Shown: in pieces, positions 30,133 through 38,615 of the stretch
Numbering within the stretch: position 1 is the first letter of the stretch
Layout of the letters: every line of letters begins with the position of its first letter
IMG/VR virus record: IMGVR_UViG_3300001989_000001
Location: 1-38,615 of that record
Length of the DNA stretch: 38,615 bases
Reading direction: 5' to 3' (one strand)
Origin: a virus
Translations under genes and position numbers: made by a program
Notes under the pieces: generated by a model
The model's database searches: none
Told to the model about the DNA's origin: nothing
Seen by the model: only the letters and a program-made list of their open reading frames with translations

Positions 30133-30552
30133 TTATTGAATATTGACAGACTTTAACCAGGTTTTTACATCAAATGATGGACAAGCCTTATGAACATTCG
30201 GGAAATCCCTATGTCCTTGTATAATTGCTTTAGGGTATTTCTCTCTAAGCCTTACAACCATTTCCTTCATTGATCTTATCTGCTCAGGCGTCCTGGTATC
30301 ATGTGGCGCACCATTGTCATCTATACCACCAATATAGCTTACATGGACGGATTTGCTATTGTAACCTGCAACACCATTGCATACAATAGACTCATCCGCC
30401 AGTTGATGAATAATACCATCGGATGAAATAAGATAATGATACCCAGGGTTTTTCCAACCTAAATTATTTTTCCAATATGATTGAATGGCTTCGGGCTTTG
30501 CATTGGGATTAGTTGCTGTACAATGAAATACAATATATGATATATTCCTCAT
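30133..30552 (-). CDS. Endolysin, N-acetylmuramoyl-L-alanine amidase (Amidase_2/PGRP, T7-lysozyme-like)
   Basis: YIVFHCTAT, GYHYLISSDG, SVHVSYIGG and GHRDF...KACPSFD. The ATG at 30552 is preferred over the track TTG at 30585. Confidence 0.85.
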   Translation of the reverse strand: MRNISYIVFHCTATNPNAKPEAIQSYWKNNLGWKNPGYHYLISSDGIIHQLADESIVCNGVAGYNSKSVHVSYIGGIDDNGAPHDTRTPEQIRSMKEMVVRLREKYPKAIIQGHRDFPNVHKACPSFDVKTWLKSVNIQ

Positions 30553-30634
30553 GTTAATATGATTAATGTTGCATAGATAACCCAAAGTATTACGATTGCT
30601 AAACGGGTGCCTATTGGCATGTTTAATACTTTTT

Positions 30635-30913
30635 TCATTGTCTATCTTGTTTGTTCTGCAATAATATCAGAATAGATGTTTGTGAATCATTCATCTTGTC
30701 CAGCTTATTATATAATTCCTGTCTGTCTTTGTTAGCTGTCTCTCTATCTTCCTTCATTTGTTGCTCTACTTTATCTAGGCGCATATTTTGCGTTGCATTC
30801 ATTTGTAACATTTCACCGTTCTTCGTGCCGCTATTATAAAGCATCATAAGTATGGATATAATAAATACTATGCATCCAATAATAAATTCAACTAATTTCA
30901 GCGGTCTATCCAT
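30635..30913 (-). CDS. Membrane-anchored coiled-coil protein (spanin- or holin-accessory-like)
   Basis: An N-terminal TM helix (LVEFIIGCIVFIISILMMLY) followed by a charged helical tail, within the lysis cluster. Confidence 0.5.
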   Translation of the reverse strand: MDRPLKLVEFIIGCIVFIISILMMLYNSGTKNGEMLQMNATQNMRLDKVEQQMKEDRETANKDRQELYNKLDKMNDSQTSILILLQNKQDRQ

Positions 30914-31310
30914 GGCATAGGGGTTTTCTTAATCTCTTAACAAATAATTTATATGCTGCCCATACTATTATTAACCCTTCAATTGAAAGGATTAATTCAT
31001 TGTGACGGGCACACAGCACATAGTGCACAATGTCTATAAGATAGTTTGCAAATATGGCACCAAATGTACGTAGAACATCTTTATCTTTTTTCATATTGCT
31101 GTTGATGTATAGCCATAATGAAAAAAATATGATGGCTGTTGATACAGCGTCAAGTATACTGTATATATACCAGTGCCAGGTAAGCTGATATTCTTTGTCC
31201 AATGGAAATGGGTTTGTAAAAACCACCGGCGAATTATTCCATAGCCGGTGGAGATTGGTTATTACCCAGGAAAGAAATAAAAGCAGTATTATATATGATT
31301 TTCTGGTCAT
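30906..31310 (-). CDS. Integral membrane protein (about 4 TM), lysis-cluster member
   Basis: ORF track, 134 aa, several hydrophobic helices, overlaps with both neighbours. Confidence 0.5.
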   Translation of the reverse strand: MTRKSYIILLLFLSWVITNLHRLWNNSPVVFTNPFPLDKEYQLTWHWYIYSILDAVSTAIIFFSLWLYINSNMKKDKDVLRTFGAIFANYLIDIVHYVLCARHNELILSIEGLIIVWAAYKLFVKRLRKPLCHG

Positions 31311-31612
31311 GGTTTTGACGGTGGTGGATCTTTGGGGCCTGTGCCGGGGCCTGGATCGTCGAATGACTTAATAGCGGTGTCTGTATCCGTCTCCTTTATC
31401 TTAATGCCTAAGATGCGGGAAAGCCCCCATATAAATGTCACGATAATTCCTGACCAATATACGATACTTAGTTTTGTCGGCTCAGTAATTCCGGGCGCGC
31501 TGACAATGGCTGTGTTTAGGGTGGCAGCCCCCAGCAATATAGCGCGGAATACATATTTAGCCCATGCTGGTGTGGGGTTCTTGATACTGATAATTGTTTT
31601 CTGTTCGGGCAT
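31307..31612 (-). CDS. Holin-like protein (2 TM, charged Pro-rich C-terminus)
   Basis: 101 aa with two hydrophobic helices. It is the first gene after the tail fibre genes. Confidence 0.5.
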   Translation of the reverse strand: MPEQKTIISIKNPTPAWAKYVFRAILLGAATLNTAIVSAPGITEPTKLSIVYWSGIIVTFIWGLSRILGIKIKETDTDTAIKSFDDPGPGTGPKDPPPSKP

Positions 31613-31643
31613 ATAATTTATTTATCTGTTATTAATTTTATCA

Positions 31644-34286
31644 TTAAAAAGTTGATAGTGTTGCGCGCTTCCAGCCAGCACCGGTTTTAATGTATATAAA
31701 ACTTGCATCCCATGTAACATCCCCGGTATTACCATTGGCGTCCGCTGTTGATGTTGGAGTATAGGATGTACGCAAGCGTAATTGGTTATAGCCTGTAGCG
31801 CCGTTAATATCTACCTTGGCCGTGGGGGTGGCTATATTAAAGCCTATATTGGCAGTACCTGTGAAACTGGTATAGCTATTGGAGTTATTGAAATCGAGCC
31901 GGCCGCCAGTTAGCTGAATATTAGCTACCGGATTAGTCCCGTCATTAAAGGCAACAAGCGGATTTGTTGTGCCCTTAAGGGTTAGGGTGCGTAGATTCCC
32001 AAACTGCGCCCAAAATGATTTGGTTTCCTCCGATAAAGTCTGATTAAGTATGCCAGTATTAGTAAATGTCCAGGTTCTATTTGTAGATAAATCTTGCGTG
32101 CCACCAGATATACTCATACCGGCTCCGGCTGCCATCGTGTGGGTAGATGCAGATAAAGCGAAATCGGTAGAATTATAACCATCCAGGCTATCAGCTATGA
32201 GCCCACTACCTGCGCCATCATTGCCGGCATTCCATATTTTGAACCCGTTGATTACCGCAACTGAAGTGCTACCAACTGATGCGTTGCCTATGACTACGCT
32301 ATCAGCTGTAATTCCTAGCCGCTGAAGTGGCATAGCCGAAGCAGCAGAAAATGTTAATGAGTTAGTCGCGCTTCCAGACTTTGCATACTGTAAATATGCC
32401 CCCTCTATACCGCCGGCATTAGATGCACCCGTCAGGTATCCATTACTATTACCTACGCCTATACGCATTGTACCAAGACTGTTATCAAATAAAAAGTCCG
32501 TACGGGTATTCCCATTGGATTGAAATCTCATATTAGTGAAGGAACCGGTTCTATTCACTTGTAATTCTTGGTTTGCAGGAACATAGCTAATATCATAACG
32601 AAGAGTGGTGTCAAAGCTACCAAAGCCAACTACCGGCGTCTTAACAGTAGACGCAAATTCCATCCCGGTGGTAGTAGAAAAATTTGCACCCAAATACTTA
32701 TCATTTAATCCAATATGATTTGCAGCCAATGTAGTGCTGGGCAATATCATGCGATTAAAAACATAGCCGGCCGTCCTTACCGCTATTTGGTTGCTGTATA
32801 TGCTATTGCTTTCGCTGGTAGCATCTAGTGAAATACCATTATAATTTCCTGCATTACCCTTCCCAGTCCATGAAAAGTCCTTAATATAATTTCCTGTTAT
32901 TATGCTGTTAGTGGTATTTATTAAGGATATACCATTGTTAGCCACTTGCAAAATATTATTACCATTAATAGTTATATTCTTACAATTAGTAAGCAATACA
33001 CCATCTCCCCTAGTAAGATAGCTTCCTCCCAAATAATAGTTGCTATTAACTTGTGCACCATTTACGCCTGTTAATTTAACAAGACCGCCGCGCCCAATTG
33101 CTATATTATTACCAATAACCTGTACGGCGCTGTCGGCGGTTATGTCAGCTAACATGCCATTGGGTTGCCCATCAAGTTGATTATTATTAACCCATATCTG
33201 GAAAGCATTCTGATCAACACATTTTACAAATGCGCGATTTATACAGGTATCCCCGTTTGAATGAACCCAATTACCCTGGATTTTAAATCCTCTCTGCTGA
33301 CCTGTATTGGCGTCAAGTATAACTATCGGCTGCTTGTCCTGTGTAAAAATGTTATTGATTATATCAGCATTACGCGCCTTGAAAGTAATACAGGTATCTA
33401 AATAGATCATTGTACAGTTCTGCACTTTTAAGTCACCATTGGCGCCGGCATCACCCTCTACGCGTATGCCGCTTATGGTGGCCCCATCTGCCCACCTTCC
33501 AGCTCCGGTGCTTGGGTCTATAAGTGTAAAGGAACCATTGCCGCGCAATGTTAATCCCTGAAATCCAACTTCAGCAACCGTAACAATGAACATAGGATAA
33601 TTACTACCAGTACCTTTAATAGTTGTGCTAAATTGCTGATTGAAATTATCACCCTTCAATGTGAGAGCTGTCTTATTAATAGTTATAGTGCTTGTTATCT
33701 TATAGAATGGGCCGGCAGACGGGTATATTGATCGTGTAGGGAATATAATATTATCTCCGTTATCAGCTGCTGCCACTGCATCTTTTATAGGCTGGGTGTC
33801 ATCATTAACGCCATCTCCAATTGCACCGAACCAGCACACATTAATGCCTATTGCTTCATCATATACCCGCCACCATCCGGGGAACTTAGTGCCGTTGTTA
33901 TTTGCCACAGAGTTTACCTTTCTAAACAGACCCCCACGTAAGCTATCAGTAACAATTAATAATTTAGCATTACCTGTATAAGCCAAAAGAGCGGTAATAT
34001 TTAAAACAGTATCAATAGGAAGATCGGCGGCGCCTACAAATGTTCCCCATCCGGCATTGGTATACCCCCAAAACTGGTTGTGATAATAGGCAATACGGCC
34101 ACTATCTCCCACAGGGGCGCCCAGGTAAAGAGCATTATTAGTAGCTGCTGTGTCACGTGGGACAATCAATACGCTATCAATTTTGACACGGTTTATTTTA
34201 TTGTTTGTGACCTGTGGCTGCCAAATCCCTTGCCCAAATGCAATAAGCGGTAAAATGGTTAATAGTAATAACGATAATCGTTTCAT
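31644..34286 (-). CDS. Tail spike/fibre with a right-handed beta-helix (pectate-lyase-like) depolymerase domain
   Basis: 880 aa. INVCWFGAIGDGVNDDTQPIKDAVAAAD is the usual start of Pectate_lyase_3-type beta-helices, followed by many N/G/I-rich repeats. The N-terminus MKRLSLLLLTILPLIAFGQG looks like a signal peptide. Confidence 0.7.
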   Translation of the reverse strand: MKRLSLLLLTILPLIAFGQGIWQPQVTNNKINRVKIDSVLIVPRDTAATNNALYLGAPVGDSGRIAYYHNQFWGYTNAGWGTFVGAADLPIDTVLNITALLAYTGNAKLLIVTDSLRGGLFRKVNSVANNNGTKFPGWWRVYDEAIGINVCWFGAIGDGVNDDTQPIKDAVAAADNGDNIIFPTRSIYPSAGPFYKITSTITINKTALTLKGDNFNQQFSTTIKGTGSNYPMFIVTVAEVGFQGLTLRGNGSFTLIDPSTGAGRWADGATISGIRVEGDAGANGDLKVQNCTMIYLDTCITFKARNADIINNIFTQDKQPIVILDANTGQQRGFKIQGNWVHSNGDTCINRAFVKCVDQNAFQIWVNNNQLDGQPNGMLADITADSAVQVIGNNIAIGRGGLVKLTGVNGAQVNSNYYLGGSYLTRGDGVLLTNCKNITINGNNILQVANNGISLINTTNSIITGNYIKDFSWTGKGNAGNYNGISLDATSESNSIYSNQIAVRTAGYVFNRMILPSTTLAANHIGLNDKYLGANFSTTTGMEFASTVKTPVVGFGSFDTTLRYDISYVPANQELQVNRTGSFTNMRFQSNGNTRTDFLFDNSLGTMRIGVGNSNGYLTGASNAGGIEGAYLQYAKSGSATNSLTFSAASAMPLQRLGITADSVVIGNASVGSTSVAVINGFKIWNAGNDGAGSGLIADSLDGYNSTDFALSASTHTMAAGAGMSISGGTQDLSTNRTWTFTNTGILNQTLSEETKSFWAQFGNLRTLTLKGTTNPLVAFNDGTNPVANIQLTGGRLDFNNSNSYTSFTGTANIGFNIATPTAKVDINGATGYNQLRLRTSYTPTSTADANGNTGDVTWDASFIYIKTGAGWKRATLSTF

Positions 34287-34288
34287 AA

Positions 34289-35635
34289 TTAAATATTTAT
34301 TAAAGCTGGTAATCCTACATTTTCTGGGCGCGCCTCAACTGCGTTTCCTTCAACGGCCATTGCCCTGGAATTTAACAAATTAGGTTCAGTTCCGCTGGGA
34401 TCATTATTGTCTACAAACTGGACCGTCCCAAACCCATCATGTAGTAAAATCCGATTGTATCTTTCGTCATCCACGGCGGCATGGTTATGGGCTTTATTGG
34501 CGCTTGCCTGTGAGCTGCCAACGGTTGCGCCTGGTATAATGCCCCTATCAGGATCCTTATTGGCGCCCAGGTCCAGGAAGCGCGGAAACCAGCCACGTAA
34601 ATCCGGAGTCCTTATTATAATGCCATCTGTGGCCCATTTAGTTTTATCCCCGGCATTCCATGCGGCAATTGTGATCACACTACCAGGGAAAATTGTATTC
34701 AATGTCGTTATATAATCACTTACTCCGGGATAATCCGTAATCTGCAAATCCTGTCCATTGGCTGCAATTCTATCAGGTCCAGGGATGCCGCCCATCACAA
34801 TAGTACCGACATTTTTCCACCTTTCTCCGGATGCTACTACACGCCAAACGGTACCTATTCTTACCAAAGCAATATAATCTACCTGGCCTAAGACAATACG
34901 ACCGCTCATACCACCTCTCCAAATTGTTTGCCCACCAGGCGCCGCAATTATGGTTTGCTTATTGGCTCCACCACCGGTTTCTATGACACATAGCACATTT
35001 TCCGGATACGCAGCTCGCAAGGTATAAGTAATGGCAGCAGATGTGCCACCCTGTATAAGGATCAATTTCCGGTCATTTGCAGCTAGGGCGTTCCCTGTTG
35101 CACTAACTACAGCCTCACCCAAAGTAAAACGAGCTATGGCGTCCGGAGTGACCAATACGTTGCTTATAACGGGTTTGTAGATATGAAAATATTCCTGACC
35201 GGGCTCAAATTGATCGCCTGCCTCTTTAAGAGACCATCCTCCCCCAGCTACATCATTTTGCCATTGCTGCCCCTTTACAAAATATTCCACACCGCGCCGG
35301 AACATTGACCAGTCTTTACCATCCAAATAAGGGTCATGTAGAATACGCGGAAAGCCACTTATATCATTTTCAATTGTAATATCTGGATCAAGTACACCAT
35401 TTATGAAAACGGACATATCAGGTTGTATCTGATATGCCCTATCCGGGACTAACACAGCTGAGCCAACAATACCGGATACCACTTCACCAACCATATTGAT
35501 GGTTGTCTTTTTCGTTATTTTACTACCCACAGCCGGATCGCCAATAGGTAGGAACCAGTCGGCGGTTGGGCTTGCTTGTGTGGTTAATTCTTGTGTAGCA
35601 ACAAGCGTTACTACATCAACATCTGGCTTAGGCAT
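34289..35635 (-). CDS. Tail fibre protein with a C-terminal phage tail-collar domain
   Basis: GTIVMGGIPGPDRIAANGQDL...TPDLRGWFPRFLD...SANKAHNH fits the tail collar domain pattern. Confidence 0.7.
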   Translation of the reverse strand: MPKPDVDVVTLVATQELTTQASPTADWFLPIGDPAVGSKITKKTTINMVGEVVSGIVGSAVLVPDRAYQIQPDMSVFINGVLDPDITIENDISGFPRILHDPYLDGKDWSMFRRGVEYFVKGQQWQNDVAGGGWSLKEAGDQFEPGQEYFHIYKPVISNVLVTPDAIARFTLGEAVVSATGNALAANDRKLILIQGGTSAAITYTLRAAYPENVLCVIETGGGANKQTIIAAPGGQTIWRGGMSGRIVLGQVDYIALVRIGTVWRVVASGERWKNVGTIVMGGIPGPDRIAANGQDLQITDYPGVSDYITTLNTIFPGSVITIAAWNAGDKTKWATDGIIIRTPDLRGWFPRFLDLGANKDPDRGIIPGATVGSSQASANKAHNHAAVDDERYNRILLHDGFGTVQFVDNNDPSGTEPNLLNSRAMAVEGNAVEARPENVGLPALINI

Positions 35636-36386
35636 AACCGGGGCTTATTGCGTTATTGTTATCTTGATCATTACTTATTGCTTCATTATTGTTTCCTGTC
35701 CACATGGCCAAGGATGGAGCTTGTTCCGCCAATATGAATGTAGGAATGAATGGCGCATTATATGAAGAAAGAAGACTGAAATCACAGCCGGTTGTATATC
35801 CGGTCAGCATATAATATAAGTTGCCTATATATGAATTATATTGATCAATTACTTCATCTGCATTATTGGCTATGCCGATAAATGTTTGATCATACCAATA
35901 TAATGCAACAGGATATGGATCTGGGCACCCTGGCAGCCTATTCCCTGCGAAGTTGGCTAAATACACATTAGACGCTATGGGTAATTTCTGCGTAATCTTA
36001 GGGCCGCAACCAATGGCAGAAAAATCAAATCTGGCCGCGTCTTTGTTTACCGATGTCAGATTTAGTTGTGTGGCTAATATTGTTCCAGAGTGCACAACGC
36101 CGCCATTGTCCGAATCAGAAGCCGTCCATTGAAACTTTTTACGTGCATGTGCAAGTGCTTCAAGCTCTAAATAATTCATAGCACTTTGCCAGTTAATAAG
36201 CCCGGGAACACTTATGGTATATCCGGAAAACCCCCCTATATAATCCCGCCATTGACCTTGTGGGCCACTTATTTCTCTAGCTTCAAAAATCTGGTTTATA
36301 GCACAATCGGTAGAGAAGCAAATATCTACCGGAGAGCCATCTACCAGAATTGAAATCATAAAGTCAGATCCTCTTATAACACCCAT
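35628..36386 (-). CDS. Tail/baseplate structural protein (assigned by position)
   Basis: 252 aa, between the post-tape-measure protein and the fibre genes, 8-nt overlap downstream. Confidence 0.5.
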   Translation of the reverse strand: MGVIRGSDFMISILVDGSPVDICFSTDCAINQIFEAREISGPQGQWRDYIGGFSGYTISVPGLINWQSAMNYLELEALAHARKKFQWTASDSDNGGVVHSGTILATQLNLTSVNKDAARFDFSAIGCGPKITQKLPIASNVYLANFAGNRLPGCPDPYPVALYWYDQTFIGIANNADEVIDQYNSYIGNLYYMLTGYTTGCDFSLLSSYNAPFIPTFILAEQAPSLAMWTGNNNEAISNDQDNNNAISPGYA

Positions 36387-36403
36387 AAAGCAAATATAAT
36401 ATA

Positions 36404-38335
36404 TTATTCGTCGGTTTGATCTTTAATATCATATTGGGTAATGGCTGCATTACCGACCCCTTCAGATAGCACTTCCATTAACAATAAATTATGGGTACAT
36501 GTTCTATTGTCGTAAGTGTCTGTCATCTGCATAAAACGTTTTCCCGGCTTATGAATCATTTCTATAACATGATAAAATTCCAGTGAATTTGAATAAGCAC
36601 TGCCCTCCCAGGAAGTGAGAGAGCGCGCATATTGATCAATATGAGATTTACCCATGTGATTTTCAATATCATCATCCTCTACGCCAGCTTTATTTACTGT
36701 CCACGAAGATGCCGGAACAATTGGATTACCGGTAAATATAGTATTGCTTATACCATCCTCTCCGGTATCAATAAACGTGAAATCTTCAGTATCTTTTGTT
36801 TGGCTGAAATTTGCTGGATTTATAGCGGTAACATGCCTACCAGCATCAGAAAGGGATATTATTCCCACCTTTATTGGGTATATCTCTACAGCTGGGGCCA
36901 TGGCTCCATCATCTGTAATAGGATCTACGGGCCGAACTATATATATATCCAATCTTGCGGGATTAGGGAAATCTCCTGTAGGGATACTGCTTGGAATTGG
37001 CGCGCTTTTTAATGTAAAAGATCCATTTCTTTTTTTACCTGATCTTGTTATGGGCATTTCACCGCTACTTACACCAAATGTATATTCCCATGAACCACTA
37101 TTATTTAGGGTCATATAATCAGCCCCGGTTCCACCGACTCTAATCCTTATAGCAAATCCATTTACATTTGAAAATAAATATTTAAATGATATTTCAATAA
37201 TATCACCTGCATTTATTGAGCCCATTGCTGTTATTTGATCTACATGCAATGTGCCTGTAGATACCTGATTATATGGGAAATATAACCTATATGGATCTTC
37301 CAAGATGCCGGATCCGGTCCTTCCTATTGTGGGAGGTGGAGAGCCAAATCTTGACCAATCATCAAAATCAGATCCATCAAAAACGGACCAGTCAAAATTT
37401 TTGAGTTGATTTATACTTTTGTATGTTACTTCAAATTCAGATTTTTTTATTGCCGGCAGCATTTTATTATTTGCCAAATTATCAACAGGCATCAAATCAA
37501 AAGATGAAGGATCAGGCCCTAATGTGGATAACAAATCAAAATTTGTTATTTCAGTAACCGTACTTGGATATTCATATTTTTCTATATTAAATGAACTATT
37601 ATATAAATCCTGCGATCTTATTATCCATATTGCACCCATTGAACTGAATATCCTAGCATAAAAAGACATACAAAAGGCTTCCAGTACATCTTTTATAGAT
37701 ACGGCGCCCTTTACAAAATCATAAAATATATCAGTATGAAAATAGCATCCTGTAAGCAGATGTTGACCTAATTCCATATTCAATGGTTCCAGGCTGTTTA
37801 ATAAATATACATCAGTGCTATTATCGAATATCTGATATAAACATCTTTCAACAATTATTTCATATATAGATAGTTTATCATAAATAAATGACCCGTTTTC
37901 ATCTGATAAATTAACTGGGAGATTAGAATATCCGAGTCCATCAATGGCCTTTATTTGAATTTCATAATTTATGAAATCATCTGGGTATTCGCAGAAATCG
38001 GGCTTCACAAAATAAACTCCATCAACCATCCCATTCTTCCTTACTTCAATCTTAAATCTGCGTTCGTTTGCTTCAAAAAACTCTGTAGGAAGTGGAACTC
38101 CCGGTTCATCTGTAAAAACATACGTTACTGTTATTTGCCTTCCTATAATCCATGTAGTTTTATCTTCATTAGAGTCTACCCTTTCTGTAACTAGTGGAGA
38201 ATTGCCCATTGTAAGTAAAAATGGTTCTGTTGGGACACTTCCCTCACTATCCATTATATCCACTCTCCACGTAGCTGGATTAGTTACATGGTTATCTTGA
38301 AATTCAAAATAATATTTGCGAAAATAATTAGCCAT
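36404..38335 (-). CDS. Distal tail / tail-tip protein (assigned by position)
   Basis: A 643-aa ORF whose ATG overlaps the end of the tape measure gene by 8 nt. Confidence 0.55.
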   Translation of the reverse strand: MANYFRKYYFEFQDNHVTNPATWRVDIMDSEGSVPTEPFLLTMGNSPLVTERVDSNEDKTTWIIGRQITVTYVFTDEPGVPLPTEFFEANERRFKIEVRKNGMVDGVYFVKPDFCEYPDDFINYEIQIKAIDGLGYSNLPVNLSDENGSFIYDKLSIYEIIVERCLYQIFDNSTDVYLLNSLEPLNMELGQHLLTGCYFHTDIFYDFVKGAVSIKDVLEAFCMSFYARIFSSMGAIWIIRSQDLYNSSFNIEKYEYPSTVTEITNFDLLSTLGPDPSSFDLMPVDNLANNKMLPAIKKSEFEVTYKSINQLKNFDWSVFDGSDFDDWSRFGSPPPTIGRTGSGILEDPYRLYFPYNQVSTGTLHVDQITAMGSINAGDIIEISFKYLFSNVNGFAIRIRVGGTGADYMTLNNSGSWEYTFGVSSGEMPITRSGKKRNGSFTLKSAPIPSSIPTGDFPNPARLDIYIVRPVDPITDDGAMAPAVEIYPIKVGIISLSDAGRHVTAINPANFSQTKDTEDFTFIDTGEDGISNTIFTGNPIVPASSWTVNKAGVEDDDIENHMGKSHIDQYARSLTSWEGSAYSNSLEFYHVIEMIHKPGKRFMQMTDTYDNRTCTHNLLLMEVLSEGVGNAAITQYDIKDQTDE

Positions 38336-38615
38336 TTATTCTACTTTGTGAATTATTACCTCTCTGCAATACAGCAGCTAATGTTGTGCCTCTTGCAAAT
38401 AATTCCACCCTATCCGGGAAGCCACCACCACCTGAAAGCTTATCTATCACCTCAGAGGGCACAATATGTTCCTCCCGGCCAGGGTTATCACCTATCATTG
38501 CCAGAGTAGGCCCAAAGACAGTACCGCCTGTAGCAAAAGACGATACACCCTTCCCGGCAAGCGCTTTAAAAGCAGCTGAGGCAGCAATCAGTGCACCACC
38601 GGCAATAATGGCTGG
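38328..38615 (-). CDS. Tape measure protein, C-terminal part (same ORF as 1..2002; 736 aa in total once the duplicate is removed)
   Basis: The frame is continuous with 1..79. It ends ...ATGGTVFGPTLAMIGDNPGREEHIVPSEVIDKLSGGGGFPDRVELFARGTTLAAVLQRGNNSQSRING then TAA at 38330..38328, overlapping the ATG at 38335 of the next gene by 8 nt. Confidence 0.9.
   Translation of the reverse strand, partial: PAIIAGGALIAASAAFKALAGKGVSSFATGGTVFGPTLAMIGDNPGREEHIVPSEVIDKLSGGGGFPDRVELFARGTTLAAVLQRGNNSQSRING
38537..38615. repeat. Terminal overlap, copy 2 (identical to 1..79)
   Basis: Same 79-mer as the window start. Base 80 continues the same minus-strand ORF. Confidence 0.95.

Noticed and set aside
31644-35635. 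Diversity-generating retroelement targeting the fibre genes
   Set aside because: No reverse transcriptase ORF exists in the genome, and I noticed no template/variable repeat pair.
38311-38335. Operator-like sequence AATATTTGCGAAAATAATTA next to the ATG at 38335
   Set aside because: It lies inside coding sequence (the tape-measure 3' end and the first codons MANYFRKYY of the next gene). It only loosely resembles the 15-bp motif, so it is probably coincidental AT-rich sequence.

Overview
This window is a complete genome of a tailed dsDNA phage (Caudoviricetes) with a siphovirus-type tail module and an HK97-fold capsid module, assembled as a circle. Bases 1-79 are identical to 38537-38615, so the unique length is 38,536 bp. 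The minus-strand tape-measure gene starts at 2002, runs off base 1 and finishes at 38328. Layout: (i) A 1.07-kb non-coding control region (24044-25117) carries minus-strand tRNA-Phe(GAA), tRNA-Trp(CCA), a 65-nt truncated tRNA-like element, an intrinsic terminator and large hairpins. (ii) A rightward early/replication operon (25121-30092) encodes an HTH regulator, RecT, a DnaA-domain-IV-only protein, a VRR-NUC nuclease and small ORFs. (iii) A leftward operon (24043 down to 12581) holds about 15 small ORFs including tandem paralogues, then terS, terL, portal, two glycosyltransferase genes and a Mu-F-like head protein. (iv) An accessory island (7322-12592) splits the head module and contains an inverted, rightward ten-gene cassette with its own Bacteroidota-type promoter. 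(v) Leftward late genes (7142 to 1, then 38615 to 30133) encode prohead protease, major capsid, connectors, major tail, a G/GT chaperone with an A9 slippery site, tape measure, baseplate and fibres (including an 880-aa beta-helix depolymerase-like protein), holin-like proteins and an amidase endolysin. No integrase, repressor, CRISPR array, transposase, reverse transcriptase or rRNA was seen. TTTG/TAnnTTTG promoter matches, the general lack of Shine-Dalgarno sequences and AQ-type signal peptides suggest a Bacteroidota host (inference). All functional calls come from reading motifs and gene order by eye; no database search was run. Hand-derived coordinates of small elements may be off by 1-2 nt.
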